NCBI GenBank assembly: GCA_018061805.1
Contig: JAGOTL010000003.1
Span: 1,416 to 65,415, forward strand
Direction: 5' to 3'
DNA: 64,000 bases
DNA from: Candidatus Babeliales bacterium
GTDB taxonomy: Bacteria; Babelota; Babeliae; Babelales; Chromulinivoraceae
Shown here: one piece after another, positions 10,092 through 19,625 of the stretch
Position numbering within the stretch: the stretch's first letter is position 1
How the letters are laid out: the number at the start of each line of letters is the position of its first letter
The notes under the pieces: generated by a model
Database searches by the model: none
Seen by the model: the letters and a program-made list of their open reading frames with translations, nothing else
Told to the model about the DNA's origin: nothing
Program-made: the position numbers and the translations under genes

Positions 10092-13000
10092 TATGAAATC
10101 CTTGAGCTGTCAGATTGTCTGAGTTTTAAGAATGCCGTTGTATTAAATTGAAAATTTGCTGATCCTGCAGCATTGTTTTGTCGATAAGTGATGTTGTGTG
10201 TTGGCAATGTATGACTGAATATAAATGGATGTGTTGATGTTGTAAACAATGTTGTTGGTGTAGCAGTGTAACCATTGTTACTTGCTTGCACTGTGTTTAC
10301 AGGCGTAAAGACAGGGCTTTGTTGAGCTTGTGAAGCTTTTTGTGCTTGTTGTTGAATATATAATGTTTGAGCTTGCGTAATAGTTTCATATGTAACTTGG
10401 CTTATAGTTTGATTTTGCACAAACAATGATAATTCTTTGAATACATTATATGTTTTTACAGGGGTAGGCACTGTTTGAGATGTTACAGGTGTTTCTTTGG
10501 TATACATATTTCCTGTGACTAAGCTGACAATTGCTTGTGCTTGTGGCGCTGTCGGAGGTAAGCCTACCTGAGCAGGAGAATTATCATTTTCAGGGGTAGA
10601 CGTAAAGATGACGTAATCAACTATTGGTTTATTGGTATTATCTTTGAGTGTTTGTAAGCAGGTATAAAGATATATGCCTTGCTGTAGCATTATTGGTTGT
10701 ATACAATCGAGCATAAAATTACCAAATTTAATTTTTTGTAAACTTTTTTCAACGGTAGAACGTTGTTTTACGATAAAATTGTGCAACGCAGTTGGTAGTA
10801 CTCCAAATGCTGATTTTTCATAGAGCTCTAAGGCTTGAGGTATTATTTTGATAATTTGTTTTTGCTGATTAAACACATAGCCAGTAACTAAGCTTATAAG
10901 CACGTTGCTTGCAGCATCATATTGGTCGTTTGGTGCTTTTCCAATGTTTGTTATTGTACCATTATTGTTGGATGCAAAGATAAGAAAATCAGCAGGATTT
11001 TGAGGATTAAACTTTTTAAGATCAGTGTGAACAGATGCATAGATATACTGACTAAATAAAATTGATTGCTTTGAAAATGGTGTTAAGGGAATGGATCCAA
11101 AGCTTGGATTTAAAGCATTGTGCAAGATGAGTCTATCTTTTTTTCCACGCTCTATTTCTGACACTTGATTTGTTTTTGGTCGGACATTGATATTTGTTTT
11201 TGGCGTAATTTGTGGACTTGTCTGATTCCATTGTATTGCAGCGCCAGAAGAAATAATACCGTACATTCTTTGGCTTTGCAGTGGAATGACTGAAACTGTT
11301 TTTTGAAATATTGGTACTGTATTTTCATCGATGTGTATCATGATAGTTAATTTATCGCGATCAAGTTTTGCTTTTAAAACATAGGTATGTTGCTCGTTGA
11401 GCTGTGCGCTTTGAGGCAACTCTTCTTGAAGTAACCAAGGTTGTTCATTCATGTTTTCATATACGCCAAACATTAAAGGACCTTGTGGATTTGTTCGGTA
11501 TAAAACAAGCATTTTTGATAAATATAATTCGTTGAGATCGACAACGTCAGGATTCAAGTAAGGCGTTGTTGATTGCTTGTTGTTGATAGCATTTTGTAAT
11601 GCATTAAAGTTAGCAGCGATATTTGCAGGTGTGGTTTTAAGAAGTGAAGCAATATATTCAGGAGCAAAATAGTTATGATAATTGCCACCTAAATATATTC
11701 CAACATGAAATTCTGATTCAAGAGTGTATAAAAATTGTAAATTGATATTTACTTCGAGTGGATCTAAAGGCTTCTTAGGAACCATAGTAGGAGTTAAGCT
11801 ATCAATTGCTATACATCGCTGATTAAACCATTGTTTGCTTACCTGATCATTGTTCGTGGTAAAGAGCTGAGGATCTTGTGCTATTTCTTGTGCGTATGGA
11901 AAATCAGGACGGCCTGTTGTTGTGGTGTAAAAACTTTGTGATGGATATAAATTTAAATAACCACTTGTAAGGCCCCACAGTGATCCTGTATTACCCGGTA
12001 TGAGCTGTGTTGAACTATTTGGCACAAGTTGCATGAGGTAAATTTGTGCTAGGACACCGACTATTTTTTGTTGGTATTGATTAACAGCTGCATCGTTATA
12101 ATTTTGAAATAAAGAAAGACCGAGAGAATAGTTACCAATTGCTGCTTGTTGTTTTAATTCTAATTCTTGTAAATAAGCTAAATCGTGTGCAGCTGTTGCA
12201 AGTTTACTTTGCGTATTTGTATTCCATAAATTTTGTAAAACAGATCCTTGCTGTGTTTGTTGTAGTGCGTTAAGTTCATCTTGGTTATATGCACCTATGA
12301 TTGATGTGAGATTGAATGCAATGTTCATAACAGCGCCTATAGGTGAGAAAATTTTTAAGCTGTTTTTTAAATAACGTAACGCTGTTTGTGGTTTAGTTTC
12401 GGATGCAATTTTTTCTGCAACTTCGACAGCTTTTTTTGCTTGAGATAGTTCTTTGGTTGCGCTTTGTACCTTGGCGTTGAGCTGTCGATACGTTTCTTGA
12501 TCGGCGCTTTCTTTATCAGTTCCTATTGATTCTGTTAGTTTTTCTTTGGCAGCTTGTAGTTTCGTTTGCAATTGAGATAATTCTTCTTCTTTAGTTTCTA
12601 CTTGTGCTTTTGCTTCTTGTGCAAGATCTTCATTAGATTTATCAAAAATATTACTTAAGCTTTTTGGTAGCGATTTGAAATTTTCAAGAGTACTTTCTAA
12701 TTTTTCTTGTGCTGTTGCAACGATTTTTGTACTCCATGAACGTGCAGTTTGTTTTGCAGCGCTTGTGATTGTGCTTAATGCTTTTTTTTGTGCACTTTCA
12801 GAAATTAATTTTGCTTCATTTGCCAATTTTTCACGTAAATTATTTTCAGCAGCAGTGACTTCATCTTGTGCGGTTTGTATTTTTACAGGATCATCAGATA
12901 CTTTTGCTTCAGATAATGTTTCTTCTGCATTTGATAATTCTTCTTGAGCTGTTGTTATTTCTTCTTGCAATGCGTCAACACTTGTTTTTTCTATAGAGCC

Positions 13001-15187
13001 CATGATCATGGCGTCTTCTTCAGCATTCACCGTAGCCCCCGCGCCACCTGTTGCAACATCAGTAACTACGTCAGCAGCAATACAAACAGCAACACCCATA
13101 ACTTGGTTAATGATTGATCGTTGAGACTCCAGGGCATTGGTTACTTTGTTTTCTGCAGCTTTACCAAATGCTACGGGATCAAATTTTTGTCCTGTGGAAG
13201 CATCATAAATACCTTGGCCAAGTAGTGATAAGGGATCAAACGATAAAAAGATAAAAGTTATTTCGCTCGATAAATCTATAAACAGTGTCGTGATAGAATT
13301 TATAATAACACCAACAGCTTGCATAACTGCTGCAATGTTTGCTTCATTCATTTTAACTTCTTGTGTATATGCAGTTGTAATATCTGTAACACAGTCTTGC
13401 AACGTGTCATGCCATGTATCTAAAAATTCATTGCGTCCTTGTTTGGTAAAAATAGCCATAGCTCCTTTACCAATGAGTGCTACAACATCAGATAAAATTT
13501 CAGTAACATCTACCACAGATTCTGCAGCCAGAATTCCACCTAGTCCAACAGTGTATCCTGTTATTTGTGCTGTGACTTGAGCAATAGCGCCTGCGGTACT
13601 GTCAATGACTTCTGAAATATCAGCACCCAGTTTTTGATCTTGAGTGATAACGCCTACTAAATCACCTGTAAGTTCACCAATTGGGGCTATGCCATTTTTC
13701 ATACTAGCAGTAAATTCATCGATACTGTTTTGAAGGTCAGTTGTTGCTTTGGTAAATTGTTGCTGCGCATCGGCGCTTAGTGTTTCGCCTTCACGCTCAG
13801 CACCTGGAACAAAAAAGAAAACTTTACACGCAATTCCGGCTATTCCCATACCAACTGCTTCTACAACATGCGCAATTGATTTTCCTGCATCTTCAACTCC
13901 TTTACCAAAATCTTCTGCCGCAGTGGCAATATCATGCCCTATGTCATCAAAAAATGATAAAAAGCTTTGTTGTTTTCCTGTTTGTTTTGGTGGTAGCTGT
14001 TGCGCGAGTGTTTGTATGGATCGAGGCGTTGGGTTAAGCATGGCACTTTTTTTACGAAAATCTTCCGGTTTAAAAGTTGCATGCGCAGGATGCAATGATT
14101 GGGTATGAATGTTTTCAGCTTTTGCTTTAGCAGATAACAGTTCATTGAGTAAAACATAGTCGTTAGCTTGATAGGGAAATAAGTTTGGCAACAATGCAGC
14201 ATTGCTCACTGTTTCTATAACTTGTATAAGGTTTGATTGGGTCATGTGATGTGTTATTTGGCCATACATTTCATAAAACATGTAGTAACCAAAGACATAT
14301 TCTTTTAAAGGGCTTTGTATTTTTTGAGAAGATGATAACAATTGTTGATTAGTGATCTCTTGTTGGTTTTCAATATTTGCGCGAGTTCCAAGCAATGCAT
14401 GTAAATCATGTGTAAGGTTGTAAAAAGAAGTTTGTCTAAATTCGACCACATATTGCTCTAAGGGAATCTCTTGATTCTTTTTTTGTATAATCGTTGGAAG
14501 ATTTTGCCAATTTGGAATTTGTGCAAGATAGTAGTTTTTTACATGCTCTTCAAGTTTGAGCTTGGTTCTGACGACAGCGTTCAGGGTTCTTAAGTTTGTA
14601 TAATCTTGATTATAGTACGATGTTTCAAAGTGTGGTAGATAGTTGAATTCTTGTTTTTCAGTATTGTGTAAAATTTGTAAGGCAATTGCAAAATAAGCAA
14701 AACAATCTGCAACCATGGTTTTACAGATCATTTGCCATAAAGGAGATTGTATAAGGTCTTGTGTTGTCAATGTTGTTTGCAACCATCCTTGCGATTGTAA
14801 CAATTGTGCTGTCGGTAGATGTGGAACATTCGTGTTGTTATCTTGTAAAAAAGGTGCAAAGTCAGGCCTGTATTGTTGAAATTTTGGATCAACGGATACC
14901 TTGTGAAGTTTTGCCATAAAAATAAGATACAAGTAACTGTTTTTTATGTGTTGAACTTGCAAGGTATCCATGTTGATTCCAGATGATCCAAAAATAGTAT
15001 CAATTTGAGACCATATTTTTTTGGTAAAAGCATCTTGTGGTTGCAGCCTTGAAAAAGGAAGAGCGCTAAAAACTTCAATAGAATTATGGTCATTCAGATA
15101 CGTTTTTAAGGGCGATATCTGTGACGCTGCGTGAGTGATGCATGGTATTATTATGAGTAATAATTTGAATATATAACCATAGTTCAT
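10091..15187 (-). CDS. Giant secreted protein of unknown function (1698 aa)
   Basis: Signal-like N-terminus MNYGYIFKLLLIIIPCITHAAS. Gly/Ala-rich hydrophobic segments around aa 415-720. Coiled-coil E/K/Q/A block around aa 735-935. Beta-sandwich-like module around aa 1110-1325. Q/T/P-rich tail. Its stop overlaps the uvrC start by 1 nt. Confidence 0.85.
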   Translation of the reverse strand: MNYGYIFKLLLIIIPCITHAASQISPLKTYLNDHNSIEVFSALPFSRLQPQDAFTKKIWSQIDTIFGSSGINMDTLQVQHIKNSYLYLIFMAKLHKVSVDPKFQQYRPDFAPFLQDNNTNVPHLPTAQLLQSQGWLQTTLTTQDLIQSPLWQMICKTMVADCFAYFAIALQILHNTEKQEFNYLPHFETSYYNQDYTNLRTLNAVVRTKLKLEEHVKNYYLAQIPNWQNLPTIIQKKNQEIPLEQYVVEFRQTSFYNLTHDLHALLGTRANIENQQEITNQQLLSSSQKIQSPLKEYVFGYYMFYEMYGQITHHMTQSNLIQVIETVSNAALLPNLFPYQANDYVLLNELLSAKAKAENIHTQSLHPAHATFKPEDFRKKSAMLNPTPRSIQTLAQQLPPKQTGKQQSFLSFFDDIGHDIATAAEDFGKGVEDAGKSIAHVVEAVGMGIAGIACKVFFFVPGAEREGETLSADAQQQFTKATTDLQNSIDEFTASMKNGIAPIGELTGDLVGVITQDQKLGADISEVIDSTAGAIAQVTAQITGYTVGLGGILAAESVVDVTEILSDVVALIGKGAMAIFTKQGRNEFLDTWHDTLQDCVTDITTAYTQEVKMNEANIAAVMQAVGVIINSITTLFIDLSSEITFIFLSFDPLSLLGQGIYDASTGQKFDPVAFGKAAENKVTNALESQRSIINQVMGVAVCIAADVVTDVATGGAGATVNAEEDAMIMGSIEKTSVDALQEEITTAQEELSNAEETLSEAKVSDDPVKIQTAQDEVTAAENNLREKLANEAKLISESAQKKALSTITSAAKQTARSWSTKIVATAQEKLESTLENFKSLPKSLSNIFDKSNEDLAQEAKAQVETKEEELSQLQTKLQAAKEKLTESIGTDKESADQETYRQLNAKVQSATKELSQAKKAVEVAEKIASETKPQTALRYLKNSLKIFSPIGAVMNIAFNLTSIIGAYNQDELNALQQTQQGSVLQNLWNTNTQSKLATAAHDLAYLQELELKQQAAIGNYSLGLSLFQNYNDAAVNQYQQKIVGVLAQIYLMQLVPNSSTQLIPGNTGSLWGLTSGYLNLYPSQSFYTTTTGRPDFPYAQEIAQDPQLFTTNNDQVSKQWFNQRCIAIDSLTPTMVPKKPLDPLEVNINLQFLYTLESEFHVGIYLGGNYHNYFAPEYIASLLKTTPANIAANFNALQNAINNKQSTTPYLNPDVVDLNELYLSKMLVLYRTNPQGPLMFGVYENMNEQPWLLQEELPQSAQLNEQHTYVLKAKLDRDKLTIMIHIDENTVPIFQKTVSVIPLQSQRMYGIISSGAAIQWNQTSPQITPKTNINVRPKTNQVSEIERGKKDRLILHNALNPSFGSIPLTPFSKQSILFSQYIYASVHTDLKKFNPQNPADFLIFASNNNGTITNIGKAPNDQYDAASNVLISLVTGYVFNQQKQIIKIIPQALELYEKSAFGVLPTALHNFIVKQRSTVEKSLQKIKFGNFMLDCIQPIMLQQGIYLYTCLQTLKDNTNKPIVDYVIFTSTPENDNSPAQVGLPPTAPQAQAIVSLVTGNMYTKETPVTSQTVPTPVKTYNVFKELSLFVQNQTISQVTYETITQAQTLYIQQQAQKASQAQQSPVFTPVNTVQASNNGYTATPTTLFTTSTHPFIFSHTLPTHNITYRQNNAAGSANFQFNTTAFLKLRQSDSSRIS

Positions 15188-15196
15188 ACATTATCC

Positions 15197-16444
15197 TTAC
15201 GCATTTGAAAGTACCGAAGAGGTAATGACAGAAGTAGCTTTTTGTTGTTGCTGTTGAGCAATATATTTTTCTATATCAGTTTTAAATTGTGAGATATCAC
15301 TTGAGTGAAATAAAAGTTGTTCAGGACTTTTTAATGAAAATTCTGCAACAGCTCCTGCTGAGATAAAACCAATACCATGGTATAAAAATAAAGAATCTGT
15401 AGAAGCTTGTGTGCTTGGAGTAGAAGATTTTTTTGTGCCTTTTGGAAGAGCGACTGATATTTTTACGTATTCTTTAGGCTCTGGCATAGACTCAGTCCAG
15501 ATTTTGCATGCAACATAATCAGGATAAGGTTTAATTTTGACGTGTATGATAAATGGTTGTGATGGTTGGTTTACGAACAAAGTTGTATTTAAGGGAATGG
15601 ACAATAATCCTTGAGCATTAAAAATTTGCTCCAAAGGACTATTGATGGTTGTTGTGTTAGTTGAATTGCTTTTTTCTATTTTTTGTTGAGCAAAATAACA
15701 CTTGATAGGGCTTGCGGGTGCAGAGTTATATAGACCAATGGTGCGATATTGATCGAGATCATAACTATTGCCTGATATCCATCGTGCTTTGTTAAAAATA
15801 ATACCAATAAAAAAAGGAGATTGAGTTTTGTACAATGTGATGTCGCATGTTATTTCATATGGTTTTCGTGTAATCCATTCAGTCCAAATAGAATTTTGAG
15901 CAGCCTGTTGCGCTGTTGCACAGGGGACGAGTTGCATTTGCCAAAAAGAATTAGTGTTTTCATCATATTGCCAGTTGCCCACTTGGAATATATTTTTCCA
16001 CAAAGGACCTTTTGGTGTGAGCATGGTAGCCTTTGCAAATTGTTGATCAGCTGTAACGGGATCAACAACATATTGCGATGGTTGTATTTGTAAACTCACA
16101 ATACTATCAATGTATTGTTGCATGTGTGCAAAATTAGATTGTTGTGTTTGCTGCATGTTTTGCATGAATTTAGATGCGCTTGAAAAAAGATTGAACATGG
16201 AGCCTAGTGATTGTTGTTGAGATTGTTGCACTGTTTGTAAAAAAGAACTTGAAGCAAGAGATAGATTGCTTTGGCTACTTTGTAAACCTTGTGAGATTTC
16301 TGAGTAGGTTGATGTAACAGTTTGGTTTGCAATACTTGCGCCTTCTTGAGCGCCCATCATAAGTGACATGTCACGAATCATATTGCCGTGAACTGTTGCA
16401 TTACCCAGCAATAGAAAACCATAAATATAGTGTATTAATTTCAT
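15197..16444 (-). CDS. Secreted protein with Q/S-rich N-region and concanavalin/DUF1080-like C-terminal module
   Basis: Signal-like MKLIHYIYGFLLLGNATVHG. aa ~145-375 (GNWQYDENTNSFWQ...FFIGIIFNKARW...LYHGIGFISAGAVAEF) resembles DUF1080/LamG-type beta-sandwich patterns. 9-nt gap to the giant gene. Confidence 0.75.
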   Translation of the reverse strand: MKLIHYIYGFLLLGNATVHGNMIRDMSLMMGAQEGASIANQTVTSTYSEISQGLQSSQSNLSLASSSFLQTVQQSQQQSLGSMFNLFSSASKFMQNMQQTQQSNFAHMQQYIDSIVSLQIQPSQYVVDPVTADQQFAKATMLTPKGPLWKNIFQVGNWQYDENTNSFWQMQLVPCATAQQAAQNSIWTEWITRKPYEITCDITLYKTQSPFFIGIIFNKARWISGNSYDLDQYRTIGLYNSAPASPIKCYFAQQKIEKSNSTNTTTINSPLEQIFNAQGLLSIPLNTTLFVNQPSQPFIIHVKIKPYPDYVACKIWTESMPEPKEYVKISVALPKGTKKSSTPSTQASTDSLFLYHGIGFISAGAVAEFSLKSPEQLLFHSSDISQFKTDIEKYIAQQQQQKATSVITSSVLSNA

Positions 16445-16453
16445 GTTAGTCCT

Positions 16454-18085
16454 TTATGGTTGGGTCAGTAGGGTTGGTGTTGCAAGTATAGAAGAGCTTG
16501 TCATTGATGTAGGAATAGTAGGTATTTCAGATGTTGATGGAGCAACTTGGTCTACAAAACCCTGTGTTGCAAATAAACGCCATTTTTGAAGTTGTTGTAA
16601 ACATTCAGGGCTGATAGCGATACTGTTTGGATCTGCACCATGTTGAGTTTGCACAATGATGTTGATGAGATGCTCTAAGCATGGATCAAGAATTTGCATA
16701 CCGATCAATGCTGAAAAATCTCCAAAGCAAGCACGCATTATTTTTGCAATGCCATCCCAAGAGTTAAGCCAATCAGGTTGCGCTATGACTTTTTCTTCAA
16801 ATAAATTTTCACCAAGGCGCATACAGATATATAAATGTGCTGAAGGGTTATTTTCAAAGTTACGTATGACTTGACCTAGGTTGTTTTTAAAATAAGCAAT
16901 CGGATGAGGTTTATTACCTACAAGAACAAGTTGTTGTTGAGCAGCTTGCACAATGTGTGCGGGCCATGGAACAGATTTTGTGGTAGCAGGGATTGTTTGA
17001 GCAATGTACGGAATAGTTTGCAAAGCACGCATATCGTCATAGCCAAAATAAAATAATGGAGGATTCATTTTAGTAAGAGAGGCAATGAATTTATCATCAG
17101 TTGGTGCTACGTCGCTGTACAGATATTGGTTAATTGTTTCTGCGATATCTACAAAAGCTGTAAAAAACTGAGGTTTTTTAGGATGCGGTGTTTGCATGTA
17201 GGCAGTATATTTTTGAAAAAAATTAAGATAGTCTACAATAGCTGTGAGATATGTTTTTTTGAGTTGAACAAGTTGAGGTTTTTTTTGTGGCTCCATTAAA
17301 ATAGAAAGATCCATGCTGTAATCATTTTGTACAGCTGTTTTGCCAATAAATGTTGCAAACATCTGAGGAAGCGACGTTACTCGTGTTTGTTGCTGTACTT
17401 TATCGTACAAAGTGTGTGTTGTGCAAGCTCGTATGTGGCTATTAAATTGTGACTCAATGATTGCCATGAGGTGATTTATAATCATTGTCTTGCTGTTCAT
17501 ATCATAATCTTGTTCAGAGCGTAAAAAGGCAGGAACGCTAACTGAAAGTTCCTTGGTGTGACTATTTTGCGCGATGCCAGGGTGTTGCAAATTAAAGTTA
17601 ATATAAACACCCATTAAATAATGGTACAACTCAATAAGAACATTGCTATGCACTTTTCTAAAAAATGTTACAAGCTTTGGGTCTTGTTTACATGTCGCAA
17701 GCATAGCATCAAACAATGATGCTAAATCTGGGTATTTAGAAAAAAGAGCAGCTCCTGCAGGATAATTTTTAAAAGCATTTTTGGAAGGTTTTAAGATAGA
17801 AAGTCCAGCGTTGCGTATGACAGGGATTGTTTTTAAAGGGGGCATAGCTTTAATAGCGCGAGTTTGTATACCCTGATGAACTTTTAGTTGGTTTGGCATG
17901 ATTCCAAGGAGGGGATATGTGTTGACAGTTTTTATAAGATTTGAAACAGCAGTATGATTGTTTAGAGTTGTTGCAGCGCTTATAAACATTGTATCAGCAA
18001 GAGTAGGTGATGGTTGTGCAGAGTAGCTGGTATGCGATGGAACAAACCAAAAACAAAGTATGATTGTAATAATTATTGCATTCAT
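16454..18085 (-). CDS. Secreted protein of unknown function (543 aa), first gene of the 3-gene cluster
   Basis: Signal-like MNAIIITIILCFWFVPSHTSYSA. Long ORF with no competing frame. 9-nt gap to the next gene. Confidence 0.75.
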   Translation of the reverse strand: MNAIIITIILCFWFVPSHTSYSAQPSPTLADTMFISAATTLNNHTAVSNLIKTVNTYPLLGIMPNQLKVHQGIQTRAIKAMPPLKTIPVIRNAGLSILKPSKNAFKNYPAGAALFSKYPDLASLFDAMLATCKQDPKLVTFFRKVHSNVLIELYHYLMGVYINFNLQHPGIAQNSHTKELSVSVPAFLRSEQDYDMNSKTMIINHLMAIIESQFNSHIRACTTHTLYDKVQQQTRVTSLPQMFATFIGKTAVQNDYSMDLSILMEPQKKPQLVQLKKTYLTAIVDYLNFFQKYTAYMQTPHPKKPQFFTAFVDIAETINQYLYSDVAPTDDKFIASLTKMNPPLFYFGYDDMRALQTIPYIAQTIPATTKSVPWPAHIVQAAQQQLVLVGNKPHPIAYFKNNLGQVIRNFENNPSAHLYICMRLGENLFEEKVIAQPDWLNSWDGIAKIMRACFGDFSALIGMQILDPCLEHLINIIVQTQHGADPNSIAISPECLQQLQKWRLFATQGFVDQVAPSTSEIPTIPTSMTSSSILATPTLLTQP

Positions 18086-18221
18086 TCATAGAGCCTTTTT
18101 TCATTTTTTTAAGATATAAAAAACTATTGTAAAAAAAGCAATGTTTTATTTTCGATTTTTGTTAGACTAATGAGCGTACATTCATCATTTTCTACTGTTC
18201 AACACAATTAAGGACATATAC

Positions 18222-19430
18222 ATGATTCCTCAAGGAAGATATATATTTTTAGGATTAATTTTAATTATTGTTGGCTATACTGCGCGTAAAACATATTTGT
18301 ATTATTTTGATCAATCTCAACCTGTTGTAACCATACAAGGTTTTGAAGATGGCAAAGGATACAGTGGCGATGTAGTTGGTTCAATTAAAGGAAGTTCTAA
18401 TTATAAAGTTTCACACATTTCTACATGGCTCGATGATGTTTTAGTGCATAGTGATTTTAAAATTAATCGCAAACAGTTTGAGCATCCTATCTCAATTCCT
18501 GCTAAATCAATACCTGATGGTCAGCATACTTTAAAAATTGAAGTAGTTGATAGTACAAAGCATCAAAATAAAACTTGTATGCAATGTGTTTTTTATACCG
18601 ATAATCTTGATTTGCAAACAGCTTTACCGACATTGTCATCAGCGTATAAGGTTCAGCAAGGTCGTTGTTTATATATTCAATTGCAAGTTAATAAGCCTGT
18701 TAAATCAGCTGTTGTGCATGTTTTAAATAACGATTACGAAATGTATCCTGAAATTAAAAGTGGGTTAATATACGAAGTACACATACCAATTGAATGTGAA
18801 CAAGATCCAGGTGAATATCCATTTACGGTTGATGTCGTAGATAGGCTTGGTAAAAAGATGAGCTTTGATGGTAAGTTTACCGTTATAGCATATCCTTTTA
18901 AGCGTAAAATTTTATCTATTACAGGTAATAAATTACAAACAGAACTTGAGTTTACTCCGCTGCAAGAACAAGACTTAGAAGAACGCATGGAAAAATTAGC
19001 AGCACAATCAGGCAAAGAAAAATTGTGGACAGGACCGTTTGATGTTCCAATTGTTATGAAAGGAATCACGACTGACTTTGGTGTGATTCGTACGTCACAA
19101 GAACGTGGCCGTAAAGTTCATAAAGCATTAGATATCGTATCAGATCCAAAATGTGTTATTTGGGCATCTCATAATGGTGTTGTTGTATTAAAAGATCGAT
19201 TTACACATACTGGTAACACTGTTGTGATAGATCATGGCTGTGGTGTGCTTAGCTTGTATTGTCATCTGTATGATTATACCGATATTAATGTTGGTCAAAA
19301 AGTTAAAAAAGGTCATCCGCTTGGTCATATGGGTATGACTGGTTATGCAAGTGGTGATCATTTACATTGGGAAATTCGCGTTAAAAATAGCGCTGTTGAT
19401 CCTATGCAATGGACTCAACGTTGGAATTAA
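18222..19430 (+). CDS. M23 (LytM-type) peptidoglycan metalloendopeptidase, membrane anchored
   Basis: N-terminal TM segment (YIFLGLILIIVGY). C-terminal M23 motifs HKALD (HxxxD) and GDHLHWE (HxH). AAGGA RBS before the ATG. Confidence 0.9.
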   Translation: MIPQGRYIFLGLILIIVGYTARKTYLYYFDQSQPVVTIQGFEDGKGYSGDVVGSIKGSSNYKVSHISTWLDDVLVHSDFKINRKQFEHPISIPAKSIPDGQHTLKIEVVDSTKHQNKTCMQCVFYTDNLDLQTALPTLSSAYKVQQGRCLYIQLQVNKPVKSAVVHVLNNDYEMYPEIKSGLIYEVHIPIECEQDPGEYPFTVDVVDRLGKKMSFDGKFTVIAYPFKRKILSITGNKLQTELEFTPLQEQDLEERMEKLAAQSGKEKLWTGPFDVPIVMKGITTDFGVIRTSQERGRKVHKALDIVSDPKCVIWASHNGVVVLKDRFTHTGNTVVIDHGCGVLSLYCHLYDYTDINVGQKVKKGHPLGHMGMTGYASGDHLHWEIRVKNSAVDPMQWTQRWN

Positions 19431-19481
19431 GTTTTTTCTTGATAAGAATGGGCACATAAGACGCAATAATATTTTAGTTTT

Positions 19482-19526
19482 AAAAATCCACTTAAGATAC
19501 TTCGGTATTCTGAGTGGATTTTTCAT
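19482..19526. terminator. Bidirectional hairpin terminator
   Basis: Outer stem aaaaatccact / agtggattttt enclosing an imperfect inner stem with a TTCG loop. A-run and T-run on either side. Lies between convergent genes. Confidence 0.7.
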
Positions 19527-19625
19527 TTAAACAGAGCCGTTTTAAAGCGCTAATTTCTAAGTAAACCACACAAGAAAGACAAAAGGTATTAAGTAAACGT
19601 TAGCTGTTAAAAAGTAACTTGAAAA

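Noticed and set aside
12675-14202. Several 85-119-aa ORFs overlapping the giant gene (12675..12947, 13290..13580, 13749..14108, 13780..14037 on the plus strand; 13939..14202 in an alternative minus-strand frame)
   Set aside because: All lie within the continuous 1698-aa frame, either antisense or in another frame. Their translations are Cys/Ser/Ala-rich mirror products of the Gly/Ala/Glu-rich sense frame, and none has start context. They are treated as shadow ORFs.
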